A DNA stretch of 64,000 bases, taken from assembly GCF_009914755.1 (NCBI RefSeq), contig NC_060929.1. One strand, given 5' to 3'. The notes below the pieces were generated by a model. The model saw only the letters and a program-made list of their open reading frames with translations. It had not been told where the DNA came from and made no database searches. This document shows, piece after piece, positions 27,615 through 45,467 of this stretch (positions are counted from its first letter, which is position 1; each line of letters begins with the position of its first letter). The DNA is from the human T2T-CHM13v2.0 reference genome, Homo sapiens. Position numbers and translations under genes: made by a program.

Positions 27615-27790
27615 GGATTTTAGGGCTAAAGAGCACCTTAAAGGTGAAATAGTCCAGCCCCCTTATTTATAGAGTTAGGAAATTGTGGATTATAGTGAGT
27701 AGGTTGTTTGTCCATGGGCATGAGCAAAGACAAAGAAATAGACAAGAAAACAGTTTTTCTAAATTCAATATTTCAGCAATGCAGCCGCAC
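27615..27790 (-). mobile_element. MIR-family SINE relic
   Basis: TTAGGGCTAAAGAGCACCTTAAAGG...TAGTCCAGCCCCCTTATTTATAGAGTTAGGAAATTGTGG resembles the MIR core in antisense. Confidence 0.6.
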
Positions 27791-29046
27791 ACTGCACTTC
27801 TATTAGGGCTATGTGTCCCCTTGTTTCTTTAATACCTACGTTCATCAAACCTTGCTCAGATCCTAGTGAATCTTCTGATATAACTGAGTTAAATAGATAA
27901 CAGGCTTTAACATTAAGGACTCACTAAACAATTTTAAATCACAAGGAACCTAAATATCTCAATATTATTTACTTTTTCTAAACATGTCACCTTTTACATC
28001 TAAAAAAAAAGTGTTAGTAGCTTTTACTCAAAAGAAAAGAATAACAAGAAATGTTTAGTAAAAAATAAATTAAGGTCTTAGGTAGACAACTGTGGGAATA
28101 GTGAATATTGACTCTCAACCAAGGCTATCTACCACAAGTGGATTCCTTGGATTCATAACAATATCGTTTATTAAATAAGTTCAGAATGATTTTAAATCAC
28201 CACGAAGACTACAAAAAATTTAAAAATCAGGAAGATTTTTAATTACATAGCTTTTAGAAGTATAGGTCAACTTGAAAACAACATGACTTAGCATGAGTCA
28301 TATAAGTAATGTTTTTTGGTAAATTATACTTTAATGAGAACTTCAATGTGAAAGTAATTCACTTGGTAAAAGTAACTCAATTTGTCAAAGAAACTTACCA
28401 AATTTTCCTTCAGTGGAGTAATAGCACGTTTCAACTGAAGAGAGACCAGAAGTGAAGTATGTACTTCATGTGTGATATGATGTAGACATGTCTGTTGTCT
28501 ATTTCAAAGAAAATAATAATAACCTTTTCATTTTGAGACAGAAAGGAGATGCAGAGAATCAAGACAGAGGCTACACAGCAAGCGATTTTCCTAAATATGT
28601 TGAAATGGATGCAGATTCCCTTAGAGAGCATCCAGTCCTAACTTCTTCTGAATGAGGGTAGAGGGAACACTGATTTAGCCTTGGCTGTATGCTTCTGATT
28701 AAGGTGATCTAATTCTTCATGAAGTTGCCTCTTCAATTCTTAACTCAGGTTTTGTATTTATTTTCTTCTACATATTGAGTGAAAAGCTACATCCCTGTAT
28801 CTACTTCAAACATATACTTTGCCCCTTTCTATAAATTTCAAGTGTCATTTCCAAAATAATATTTTTAGCATTAAGGCCAATTTCCATTTATCAATGATAA
28901 ATTAGAGTGAAATTAATAATAGTCAATATTCATAGCCAAACAAATAATTATTTTGGCTGAGAATATTTTTCATCATTACTAAATTATACCCATTGTGTCA
29001 CCACTTTTATTTATTTCTCCTGTTCATTTAAATATTTAAGAGTTTC

Positions 29047-29362
<316 letters not shown>

Positions 29363-30070
29363 CTATATGATACTAAGTTCTTAGAAGAAAAGATGAAAAC
29401 AGCATATTCACATATAATCAAGTTATAGCTTTACATTGATTGATATATTCATAGTGAAAAGAGCATTTTCATTGACGTTCTTGATTTTAAGAATCCTAGA
29501 GAATCGTATTTTTTAATACTGAAAAATGATTGTTTACTAGCAATTGTTCAGTATGAAGTACAACTAGTTTTTTTAAATGTTATATTGAAAAATGTTTGAT
29601 CTTGTATATTTGGTTTTCAAATCTGCTTCCTATACAATAATTTTATATTCTAAATGTGGAAAAATTTGTATTATTTTAAAAGTAGTTGAAAATGGTATAA
29701 TACAAAGGCAGTTTACCAAATATTCTAGGCCACATACATTTCTATGAAGTGTCGTATGCAACCTTTGAAATGTCTGTGGAGAGAACGTCATATGGATGAT
29801 ATTAATGCTTTGATTAATGTAGAGCCTTTCTGTGAAAACCTATGGCCAGTTCAAGTACCCAAGCCTTTCTCCTTATCACTACCACTTTTTGAAATTAGAG
29901 GTGGAATGCTTGAATTCTAATACCGGAGTATTCAGATGCATAAAAATGGTGGTAAGAACATAAGGAATCTTCTCAAACAAACTAGCTCAAGTTCATCTGA
30001 GCCTATGAGCCTTTTCCTAGTCAGGTAAAATAATTAATTTCTCCTAATCAGTAATACTGTATAAGAGCTA

Positions 30071-31062
<992 letters not shown>

Positions 31063-31510
31063 CTCCCTACAGCATTCATTTGAGCCCTGTGAAATATATT
31101 CCTGTGTTATTTGTGTTTACATGAATGTAGCTCAGACCATACAAGATTACAAGGTCTATCAAGGCAAGATATATGAAATAATTTTAGGTCTCTTCCACTG
31201 TTTATCTGAGTGTCTTACATATGGTGTTTTTTAAAGGAAATATTTATATATTAATAAAATTATAAAGAGACATATGATGACAGTCTTACCAAGTAGCGAT
31301 AAATTTTTTAAAAACACACAATAAGACTGAATTTAGGGAAAAAAAAGTAGTCTGTTGTTACACTTATGACCTAACTTAGCATAGTATCCATGAAATTACA
31401 ATTCTTTAACTAAAGTTCATTCCATTTCCACCTATAAATTGTGAACATAAAGCATTTTCTCCAGTTCTTAAAAGGTACTTAAAATTAAAATAAACTCTTG
31501 AATGAATGTA

Positions 31511-32102
<592 letters not shown>

Positions 32103-32929
32103 TATAGATTCATGTTTTAGAACAAAATTTTCATGAAGGATTTCAGTGGGACATATTTTTCTCTAAATGATACCTTACATGTAAACTCACCGTATTGAAC
32201 AGTTTTTGTTAGAAATGGCAGAAGACCAAAGTCCCACCCATCAGGATTCAACCCACTTTTCTATCTACATCCCTTGAGGCACTGTCTGAAAAGGAGGTGT
32301 TGAGTTTCCAAATAATGTAATTACCAGATGGTCAATTCCAAAATATAAAAATAAAAATTACTCTTTATACGGTTTAAGATATACTACCTTTCAACTTAAG
32401 TAAATTTAGAAATTTAAAAGTTAATTACATTAACTTTTATTAACTTAAAATATCTTAAACATTTTAAATTAAGCAGAAATCTTTAAATTAAAATGCCTTA
32501 GAAACACTGGAGGTCAGATTCTTAACACTGCTAAGAAATTAAAATGTTGAAATATATTTTTAAATAAGCTTAATTTTTAGAAAATAAGTATTTAAATAAA
32601 TTCAAAGCCAGTGACAACCTGAGTCAGCCATGAGAGTAAATTTTGTTTTTTTTCCCCTCTACTTCTAAAACAAAAAAATACAAAACAAGAGATTATTTAG
32701 TTTGGAGTTTTGCCAACTAATCTTTGCAGAAAGGCACCCTTAAGGGAACTGTCTTACAAATGAGGATACGGGAAGTTATTCATAAATTCAAAATCCCTTT
32801 TTAAAAATGTCTGAGAAAGTGTATTACAAATGAATGCTCTATAAGGTATAATCATTGAAGACTAAATCTTCCTGATTTACTTACTGAAGATTACATATGG
32901 GCTTCAGACTTATAAAAAAAGGTAGCCTG

Positions 32930-34531
<1,602 letters not shown>

Positions 34532-37500
34532 AAAAAAAGGTGGCCTGAGTAATAACAACAGATGGATGGATGTGAAATGCTCAGGGACTTCTAGTATTCC
34601 AGGTCAGTAAACTGTGAAAGAAGGATGACTTCAATGATTGATAGTTCATAATAACTCATTTGGAGCTGTTACAGTCAGTTAGGTTAAAATTCCTTTTTCA
34701 GTAGTGACCTACATATGGTTGGACAAGGCAGATGAAAGCAAGTTTGTTCCTAACGGTGAGCTGTCAGTTAATAAGCCCCAAACTGTAGATTTCACTCCGG
34801 TTCCACTGTCCCAAGAAAACTGTACTATTTTACTTGAGACTTTATTTGTGAAAACATAATTTGAAGCAAATATACCCTACTTTTCAAAAATCTTCAGTTT
34901 TATAGGTTTTCACTCTTGAATCAAGACTACAATTTCTATGGGTATACTTCGATAACTGATTGACGAGTTTTAAAGTTACAATGTAATTTGGTGAAGTTAC
35001 CTGGGTGATCTGACATCTCCAGGCAGTAGTTTCTTCTGTATGTAGAATGTGACTAAATTACAACACAAAAGTTTTTTTGAGTAACAGTTTATGCAAATGA
35101 GTGCTTCCTATGTATCATCTTCCATAATAATAACTGTTGCTGCTTAAAATTAAGAAACTGTGGTAGGGAAAAGTTTTATATTCTAAACATTTAATAAATG
35201 TTTCTTATTGCTTGCCAACCCATAGGTTTTTTGAAGAAAATATATATACATATATATGTACAAATTTTAAAAACATACTGCCTCTCTATATATACATCCC
35301 TTATTTGTGCTAAAAATCTAGAAATGATTTCAGAGCCAATTTGTTGAAAAAGCTTGATAATGCATTTCATGAAGAGGATGGAAGATAAAGTTCATGGGGG
35401 GGAAGATTGGTCATGAATAGCTGAGATGATCTGAAGTAATAAAAACATTGGTGCATCTGTTATTGTGCTTCCCGTCCTGTGAAGGAGAGGTGGAGAGCCA
35501 TATAGAATGCTGCCTTGCACTCGCAGTTCCATTACTATTGAAAACGAAGGTACTGACCTTGTCAGAAATGGACTTACACCTTTTTTCTTGGCTTAAAAGG
35601 AATCAAATATTTAAGGTATGATGCCCAGGACTACTTCAGATTTCAGTAGCTCTCAATATTCATTCTCTTACCTCCTTCTAGGTCGCCACCTTTTGTTCAT
35701 GCATATATCATGAATATGTTAGTCTATATATTGCATACAGTTACCTGCCCATAGACATGCATGTGCAAGGTATCCAGTTCAAATACTGCATTAAAGGAAA
35801 ATTATTATTTTAAAATTGCTTTCACTGCTATCCTTTAAAAAAAATCTATAATGACAGAAAAAATAAACTAATAATAAAAATGTCCTAATTATACTCTGAC
35901 AGTTCAGCTTGATAGCCACCCTGTTGAAACTTTTATATTCTCCAGTACATCTTCGTTCATTATATCCAACATCAGCACAGATTTCTGAGATAAATTAATG
36001 TTTTACTGCCCTCCAAATACCTTATCTTAACCTCTGCTTTTCTCTTCATCTTATATCACATATTCATTCAATCATTCTGGAATCAAGTTTTGATCAAAAA
36101 TAAATTATTTTAAAAACTCAGATTATCTTCTTTTAATTTTTGTCATGCCTCTTTATTCCATGGAGTAAATGAATGAGAGAAGAAATATTAAAGAGATGCT
36201 TTTGACTGTAATCACTACACAAATATACCCAGTAAATAAAAATCCAGAAATTCCTTTGAGACATTAAAAGACATATTGCTTTGAGCAAAAGTGACATGCC
36301 AGATATATCCTATAAATTGAAACAGCTTGACAGCATTCAGTACTCTCTACCCCTTTCACGACCCTGTTAATTTTTCTTGGTACCAATTGACTCTACTAAG
36401 TATATATTTACTTCGTAACTATCCACAGCAAAGAAATACGGGTAGTAATATTGTTGATACATGAAGTACAAGACATTCTCCCTTTTTTTCCCCGGTTGTG
36501 CTGGCATTTGCTGACAGTTGTAAAAACTTGTTGTTGTTATATGCAGAGACAACTCCAAAGGCATACAGGGAACAGATGTATGCTATCATAGTAACAAGAT
36601 GCCACTTTTAAAAAATACTTTTCAGCTTAGGGCTACATTTAAACCTTCAGGTACAGTTTATGAAACTCATAATGTGGGAGAGTGAGTACTAGTGATGTCT
36701 TTGAGAGTCTCTAGGGGAAAAGACTCTGAGATATTGTTATCATTATCACCATCTTGCTAACTGAATCACAGTGCCATGATTATTACACCTAAGGGAGTGA
36801 CTTACTACCCTCTAGGTTGGAATAAAGGGCAAAATGAGATTCTTCCATTGTAGGAAGGTGGAACAAATTCGGGACACTGTAAGAAAAAGGCATTCTATTC
36901 AATCTCAGTGTTTTAAAAATAGAGAACTAAATTAATCTGAATATGCAATTCTCAGTTTGGCCATATAAACTAATTGGGCATACGTTTCAACTAAACTGAA
37001 TATGGATGGAAAGTCTTTGCAGAGTTAGATACATTCTTCGAAAATCTATGCATATCTTATTTTTATAGAAATGCAAAAACAAAAACAAAACAATAGGCAA
37101 GAAGGTTTCACACAAAAGCAGAGTCATACCTAAATATGAAAGGACATAAATGTGCCTCAGATTGCATCATATTTTATCTTGCAGTCAGTTACATTGTAAA
37201 ATTGTAAGATGCTGTTGAAGTAATTCAGTCAAATAAAGTGAAAGTAATATTGATGAAAACCGCTTTCATTTTTATTGACTCACTCATAAACATTAGAGTG
37301 TAAATGTGTAGACTTACTTTCACACCCCATAGATAGAACTGACTGTTCTAACTTTAAATATCTGGAAAGGAAATATAAATTGCATGTTACACTTGAACCT
37401 GAAACATAAAATTGTCACTGCACTTTGATGATGAAAAGTTGAGCCCTTTGAACAATGCTCTATTTTTCTCTGGAATTTTATTTTTTACTCTGTTCCCTGA

Positions 37501-40500
37501 TGTAAATTTTGTTTCTTATTTCTATTATTTGTTTCTGATTGTGAACCCAATTTATTTTGCATAGAATTGTTAAGTACCTTGTCTGTTTGCAGTAGTTCAA
37601 ATGTAAAATAGCTAAAATGAATAACCCTTCAAAGTCAATTCTGGCCTTCTGCTTTTATATTTATTTACAAATGCTGTAGTCTGAAAAATGGTTAAAAGAT
37701 GAAAATGCCAAGGGGCCAGTTTTCTTAATTACTTCGTGAATAAATCTTAAATGATCGGGACATTTAAAACACTTGAAATATGTTTAAATATAATTAAACT
37801 AGAATACCTCTTTAAAGGAGAGAGTAGAGGATACTGGGATGAACAATTTTGATTTTAAGTGTGAATCATGGAAATAAAAGTGGCTGTGCTTGATCATTTA
37901 CTCAGCACTGGAGGCAATAATCAAGTTTCACAAATCAATTACACCTTCGAAGAGTGATGGCAGGGAGCAGAGGCTTTATCAGAAAACCTCTGTGTTTTGT
38001 ATCCATTTGTCTCTTTGTATTTTTAGACATAAATCTGTAACATAGTGTGTATCCAGACAACATTCTCTCCTCCCTCCAGGTATTGACAGCACAATAGGAT
38101 TTGGGGATTTTGAGCACCTGAGGGAAAAATTGTAAGCTGAGTAAAAATTGATATTATTACATTAAAAGAAGATTTATGCTTTAAATATATGTATCTCTTC
38201 AGAGTAACAGAGTATTTAGGAGAAGAATATATCAATTTTATGAAATATTTTATGTCAAATGTGGATGTTAATACAGAGAGCTAGGAAGATTGATCAACTA
38301 ATATTTTATAATTGTATAAAATATATCCTGTATATTAACTTACGTATTATTATTAGCAAACAATGGCAGTTTTATTTCACAGCTTAATGTAAATAAAAAT
38401 TCCGTGTTTTGACTCATGTCAGATAAGAAACAGAGCAATTTTTTTCTGTTGATTTTCTAAGTAAACATATATTTTCTGTCTTAAAAGCTGTCAAGATGAA
38501 CTTAACATCAAATTGCTTAGATATTGTATTTCCTAACATCAATCCAGACTAAAATTTTTATTGCATTTTTCTTTAATATTGACTAAATATAAACTTCTGA
38601 ATGATATGGATAAAGGGGACATGTAAGTTATCTGTTGTAATATAAATTTAGCTCTCAATGAGTGTGTCTCCAAGAAATACAAAACTTAATAGAAGTTAGA
38701 GCAAAAAAAAAAATCTTTCTCTCATTTCTAACAAACATGACAAATTGATAGGCAACACAATGTCAAAATTATGCATACTATGAAAAGATTATATAGTGAA
38801 AAATAAGTGAATTGTATAGTGAATACAAGCAGGGCTGATAGTTTTTTTATATAAAATGTAGTAGTTTTGCCCTTATATTTATTTAATTTGAAGGCCATTA
38901 AAAATAGTAAAGATTATAAGACTTGAAAAGTTACTAAATGCTTGTCTCTGGTTGATAATTATGCATTTGGTCCAGATTAATACAGGTTATATTCCCCCCG
39001 AGTAAACAAGTGTACGGCTTGGAGAACTGCTTACCTTTTAAAAACAACAAACTAAAATAATTGAATTGATATAATTATAGTATGTTGAGTTCAAAGGTCA
39101 TCTAATTGACTATGAATGTGCTAACCATGGCATTCAAAAGTCTTCAGAATGTAATAATTTTTTTCACCCGCTTAAAATTTATCAGTAATATCTATATATG
39201 TAATACGTATGTGTCTATATATCTCTAGTATACTACAGAACATAGAATATGTATTACTATACTATATGCTATATACACATAATATATACATATGGTATAT
39301 ATATGTGTGTTTGTGTGTAATAATAGGCCACTCAGAATGTCTAAGCTATTACAAAACTTATTAATATTTAATGTTCATTTTTATATCATTTTGTCTTCAC
39401 TATGTTGTGCTATTGTGCATGTTTTATAGGTTTTTGAAGACCTAATCCTTCCTTTGTTTTATGCATTGTAAATGCAATAGTTAATTTGGGTAATTTGTAT
39501 GTACTTGTTCTTCTGATGCCATACACTTGCTTGTTAAAATTATACATTTAATGTTTGCTTGAGCCATTAAGTTTTGTGAATGCTGTCTTGTTGAAAGTCA
39601 TTATTATAATAAGTGGATATTATCCTATCATTTCCATCCCTGAATGGAGGATATCATTATGAGAATTTTCCAATGGATGACCTAAAGAAAAAGTTTGATT
39701 ATTTTTGTTTGAAGGATATGCAAAGAGATTGGTATTCCCAAGTGATATATATCACTGAAGTATAAAATTGTGTCTTACTATCACTGCATTTGGGATTTTA
39801 TTTTGGTTTCAAAGGAAATGCAATTTTCAAAAGTAAAGTAAAACATATAACTACATTAATAGATATGTTTTGTGATTAGTAGAAAATTCAAAAACCAATG
39901 ACTTCATTTCTCAATGCCAGGAGATTAGGAAGACAACAAATTATATGCTAATTATTTCAGTAATACTGCCATCAAAAGGCTAGAAACTTGCAGATGAGAA
40001 TTTAACATGATTCTATACATATTATCACGAGACATTATACATTTACGTTTAGATTGAAAGTAGTGTTGATGCTTTTTGTTTTGAAAGTCTTGAGTTCACA
40101 TGGGTATTATATGCTATATTCCATAACATAGTCAGGTGTTTGCGTTGTCAGATATCAATTAGCAATGTCCTCTTAAGTAGATAATTAAGGTTTAACTAAA
40201 CTTTACTTTTGCTAGATGACCTCACAAATGTTTTGGGTGAAAGGCTCTATGCACAACATTGTGCATAAGTGGGTCAAAAACGAAGTGTATCACTTACAAT
40301 AGGTTTGAACTTTTGGTGGTTAATAGAAGAACAAAAGTCTCCCAGATCAATGTTTCCTAGAACTTAATCATAGGGACAGCATTACTGCAAAATTTCACTA
40401 GGTGTTTACTTGAACACATGCCCAGGTACACATACAAAAGTAAATACATGCAACACACCACACACAATTTTGTGGTCAAAAATATTGAAAAGGTCTTCAT

Positions 40501-41479
40501 TAAACAAAGGTAAATGAACTTCTTCACTGTACGACTTCTCAGAGACTATACAAAAATAAAGTGTCTGAATCCAACATGTGCATACAATAGGAAAGATATT
40601 ACAAAATACATTAACCATATGAAACATTTTTCATGGGCTATCACAAAGTAATATAATTGTCTGCAATTCTTAAAGAAACAACATAAAGATTTTTGTTTTA
40701 TTGACACTAAATCAAACTGGCACTTTAAAACTACATGTCCCTTTAAACTCTCATTAGAATTTATCATTTTTGAGCACTTCAATATTGGCTTCTAGCATCT
40801 TGTGCTTTCCTTCTCATCTGTATTTTTCCATTCACAGGAGGAAACAAATGACCATTTTCTAGACAATCCACCAAAATTCTAATTTATTATGAGAGCTTTC
40901 TCCCTTTATCATACTTCAGCCTCATAATATGAAGCAAAGCTCTTTTTCCCCCTTACAAAATGGAGGAAAATAAGCTTTTATTTATGTCTAATTTCTAACA
41001 TAATATAAGGAGAAACATATTATAGAGAGGTGGAGTCCAATTTGGGACTAAAATGGCCCAACAGAGTATCCATGTTCCTGGTAAAACCACCTCTTCCCAG
41101 CTTTTACATTACTCACATCAAGGATGAAGGTAGAGCATCTGAAAATTCCTCACGCATATGGTGAAACCACCACTTTTTCTGATCCCCAACCTTTTCTGTC
41201 CAAGCACTATAAACTGTCTAAAAGATCTTCCTTTAGCACAGCCTAATTTGAACAAGTTAACACATTCATATAGTGAATCTTCAGAATTTATCCAAATGCT
41301 TCCTGTGTCCTTGTGTCTGTCAGCATCCTAAGTAGTTTAAGCTATGCTGTGCTTCCTTATCATCTGGACTCTTAAAGATTCAAGGCTCTGTATATATCTG
41401 AAGTGACTCATTCTTTCACAATGTAAACTCCTCCTATGTGACCACTGAATATACAAAGTCGTGTATACCCTCCTTTGGT

Positions 41480-43855
41480 CTCAATGTTTCTTCCACTTCC
41501 TGTTCTAACTAAAATCTAGATATCACCTAGGGACACTGTTTTCCCCAGCAGTGCTCCCAAATAATCTTTCACACACATCCCAAGTTGCAACAGTCCTGGA
41601 ATTAGAACAGGTTTCTATCCTTAAACAAACAAATGAAGAGCAATCTGTTTCAAATGAACCAGAAAGATATGTGTATGTTTTCCTAATGGTTGTAAACACC
41701 TACTAAAAGTATCATTGACAATATTATCACCTTGCTTATTATCTTTTTTTCCACCAATAGGAATATTATTATTCTTGGTAATGTCACTATCAATACAGGT
41801 AATCTATGCAACACATTTTAATCTTTTTCATACTCTTCTTACGCCAGTAATTTTTTTCTACACTTCACCATGATCACCTATTTCAATCATCATTCCCTCC
41901 AGACATTGTCACTATCAATATCTATACCACTTCAAAAATTTTAATGATCATACCCTTATTGTAATATTCATATTTTCATATTAAACTATAAACTCTTCCA
42001 GAATCCCAACTCCCCAAACAAAACCTCATCCACTGAAACCACCAATAATTCATTGTTGATCTCTCCACTTTGGTAGTTTCTCCCCTTCTCACAAGATTAG
42101 ATTCCTTTGGGCTGTCATTAAAGCCATCTCTTTGTTACCAATCTTCAATTTCTTTACCTTTTTTTCTTGCTTTCTTTGACTAGGCTAGTGTATTAGTCTG
42201 TTCTCACACTGTTGATAAAGACGTACCCAACACTGGGTAATTTATAAAGAAAAAGAGGTTTAAAGACTCACAGTTCCATGTGGTTGGAGAGGCCTCACAA
42301 TCATGGAAGACAGCAAAAGACACGTTTTACACGGTGGCAGACGAGAGAGAACTTGTGCAGCGAAACTCCCATTTATAAAACCATCAGATCTCAGATCTGG
42401 TAAGACTTATTTACTATCACAAGAACTGCCTCCATGATTCCATTACCTCCCACCTGGTCCCTCTCACAACACATGGGAATTGTGGGAGCTACAATTCAAG
42501 ATGAGATTTGGGTGGGGACACAGCCAAACCATATCAACTAGCTAAACCCCAATGTTGGCTTAATCTCATTATCTACTTACTATCAACATGCACCAGGAAA
42601 GTTAAGCAGGATGGGAAAAATATAAACAATCTACTTGATTTAACTTTAAATATGACCACAAATCTCAATAATTTCCTCAGGACACATTTAATTCTACTAT
42701 ATTTCCCTAAAAAGTGTATTTTTCCTGCCTCCTTTGTTAATTAACACTCCTCTCACTCAAACTATTGCCCTAAACAGTATTCAGAATTTCATTTAGTTTT
42801 AGATTACAAAAAAAAAAAAATTAAATACAGTGGACTGACTTTCTCAGTCTTTCCTCTCTTGAAGACCACTCAATTTGATGCTACTGAAATTACTCTTGTC
42901 AGTGCCATAAATGACCTCCACATTGAAGTATTTGGTAAGTAGATGTTGATGAATAGAACAGACACAGCATAATTTAGCCAAATTAAATAAGGTTTTCTTG
43001 TTTAAATGATTCACAGAGAAATTAACAGAGTCATGATTCAGAGTAGAGAGATCAGAACCATTGTACAAGAGATCTGGCTGTGAGCTTTAGGGTGATAGAA
43101 GTGTTCACCATGTTAAAATTTCAAATGTTAATAAGATTTAGAGTCACATCATACCTCTTGGAAGTTCATCTTCTATCAGACTCATAGCTAAATGCAGTTG
43201 GAGCAGTCTAATGTATAATCATGTAGGGTATTTATCTGTATTTGCTCATCTGGGCCAGAGCCACCACTTTCATCTTAGAGGCGTAGAGTATATGTGATAG
43301 GAGATAGTATGTAATTCTCAGGTATAAATGAAATTATCATTTTTCATCTTCAGACTTTTTACCTGGAAGCCTAATCTATCTTTTCTTAACTGAGGGCTGA
43401 AGAATTGAACTCCATTGTTTTCCAAAACTGTCAGTCACCATACTCTAGAAACCATGAAACACTTGCCAGCACACTTAAAATTGAATTTAAATTCTTTATA
43501 ATGCTCATACAATCCAACAAGATTTAGCTCCTGGCTTCCTCTCCAAACACATTTATTACCATTCTTGCTTTTTCTTAGTATGTGTAAGACAACCTTGCTT
43601 CTTTTCTAATCCTCAAACACATCGTGCATTCACTAGTCTCAGGGCTCTGTATATACTACCCTTGTGCTATAATGCTTTTTGCCCAGTACCTACGTGACTT
43701 GCTCCTAACTCAATTGGTTCAAAGTCAATTCCTGAGAGAAGACTTCTCTTACTTCCTCATCTGAAAGATCACCCCACTTCACACTACAATAAACAGCTTT
43801 AATTTTTCTTTATAGCACTTATCAGTCTCAGAGATTTTTGCTTATTTATTGGTTA
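41480..43855 (+). mobile_element. Fragmented LINE-2 relic
   Basis: Decayed EN-like CTAACTAAAATCTAG and ATTCTTGGTAATGTCACTATC. RT-like CTACTGAAATTACTCTTGTCAGTGCCATAAATGACCTCCA (TE.LLVS..NDL type, ~42880-42920). L2 3' part at 43490-43855 (CTCAGGGCTCTGT...TTTTTCTTTATAGCACTTATCA). Confidence 0.65.
42189..42536 (-). mobile_element. THE1B-like solo LTR
   Basis: TGTATTAGTCTGTTCTCAC...GAGATTTGGGTGGGGACACAGCCAAACCATATCA. TSD GCTAG / ACTAG. Confidence 0.93.
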
Positions 43856-45010
43856 ATTGTTTTTGTTGAAAAAAATTGATTTATGTAATTATATATGTAT
43901 TTACCTGAAATGTCAAATATGAAAAACATTTAATAACAAATTTCTATTAAGCTTTTAGTTTAATTGGGAAAACTCAGGTTTTCTGTTGTTTCAACTTCAC
44001 TGACTAATGAATACCACAATTAAGTGTCTCTTTAATTAAAAAACAATTTTAATGTATGTGACCAAAATTGTTTACCCAGGCAGCTTATTCTGATATGCTA
44101 ATTTCAAATTCATTCATCTAAAATGGAAATCATCATTACATGTAACGAAATCAAAAGGTTATCTGGCTTGAAAAGCTCAAAATAAATAAAAGCATTCCTA
44201 AGTACTAAGAGAATAAAGACTCGTAAGAAGGAAACGTATGCTTTTTTTTTTGTTTTTTGTTTTTTTTCCTGATCTGTGTTTTCAACTGAAGTGTAATTCT
44301 TCCTCATCTCACCTTTGGGGAATCAAAAATGAGAACTCAACAGGGAGGAAAAGTGTGATAGTGTAGGTTGTTTGCTCTTGAAAACTTATTAAATTCTGAG
44401 AGAAAACAAGATTCAAAATAATTGAAAATGCTGATTTTTCAATTTGTCTTGTTTTTGCCAGTGGAAGTTATGGTTGACAAAGGAAAATGTAAAATTAACA
44501 AATAATGTGATGATGTACCTCTAAAATGTGCCTTTTACCTATAAATCACTAAGTATTTTATATTGGTAGTGTTCTCTCTCTCTCCACACACATACACGCT
44601 CACAGAGAGAGAAACACATGTGCGTTTAACAAATACAATGTATATCTTAAAACACAGTTTTCTGAATTTCCAAACATGTACCATGGATGGAATTAGTAAT
44701 AAATTCCATGAACAGGGAGCATACTTTTTGAAAGCCTTTGCTCCAAGCAACATGATTTATGTTTTGGACTGACGAACCTGCTGTTGCTGACTTCAACGAA
44801 TGACTATCTACATGTATTTGATGTTATTACAGATTGCTGGTGTGTTAATCATCAAATGAGGATAATCTTTCCTTTGATTTTTTTTAATTGGGTATCTTCT
44901 GTCTGGGAATAACTGTGTGCCCCTTCTGCTGCTGTTCTCTTCCTAACTGAAAGACTGATGATTCTCAGGCAAGACTAATTTTACTACGTATGTAAAGTTG
45001 ACTTCACTTG

Positions 45011-45054
45011 TTTCTTCTTTTCTTTTTCCTTCCTTCCTTCCTTCCTTCCTTCCT

Positions 45055-45149
<95 letters not shown>

Positions 45150-45271
45150 TCCTTCTTTCTTCCTTTCTTTCCTTCCTTCCTTCCTTCTTTTCTTTCTCTC
45201 TCTCTCTTTCTCTCTTTCTCTCTTTCTCTCTTCTTTCTTTCTTTCTTTCTTTCTCTCTTTCTTTCTTTTTT
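45011..45271. repeat. Compound (TTCC)n(TTTC)n(TC)n microsatellite, a 261-nt pure pyrimidine tract derived from an Alu tail
   Basis: Only C and T from 45011 to 45271, directly abutting the Alu 3' end. Confidence 0.97.
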
Positions 45272-45467
45272 GAGACAGGCTCTCACTCTGCTGCCCAAGC
45301 TAGAGTGCAGTGGTGCTACCTTGGCTCACTGCAACTTTGCCTCTTGGGTTCAAGCAAATCTTCTGCCTCAGCCACCCAAGTAGCTGGGATTACAGACACA
45401 CACCACTATGACCAGCTAATGTTTGAATTTTTAGTAGAGATGGGGTTTCACCATGTTGGCCAGGCTG
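45272..45467 (-). mobile_element. 5'-truncated old Alu (J/S)
   Basis: GAGACAGGCTCTCACTCTG through CACCATGTTGGCCAGGCTG, then stops. Candidate TSD TGACTTCACT (44999-45008) / TGGCTTCACT (45468-45477). Confidence 0.9.

Noticed and set aside
28484-28493. AGACATGTCT, a perfect p53 half-site
   Set aside because: There is no convincing adjacent second half-site.
32415-32439. 11-bp AT-rich inverted repeat (a similar one lies at 15236-15261)
   Set aside because: Low-complexity AT composition makes such stems common.
34760-36070. Faint MIR/L2-like patches (also ~110-180 and ~57920-58030)
   Set aside because: Too diverged to delimit or name reliably by eye.
40248-40267. Near-perfect palindrome TATGCACAA-CA-TTGTGCATA
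   Set aside because: 9-bp arms are within chance expectation, and there is no supporting context.
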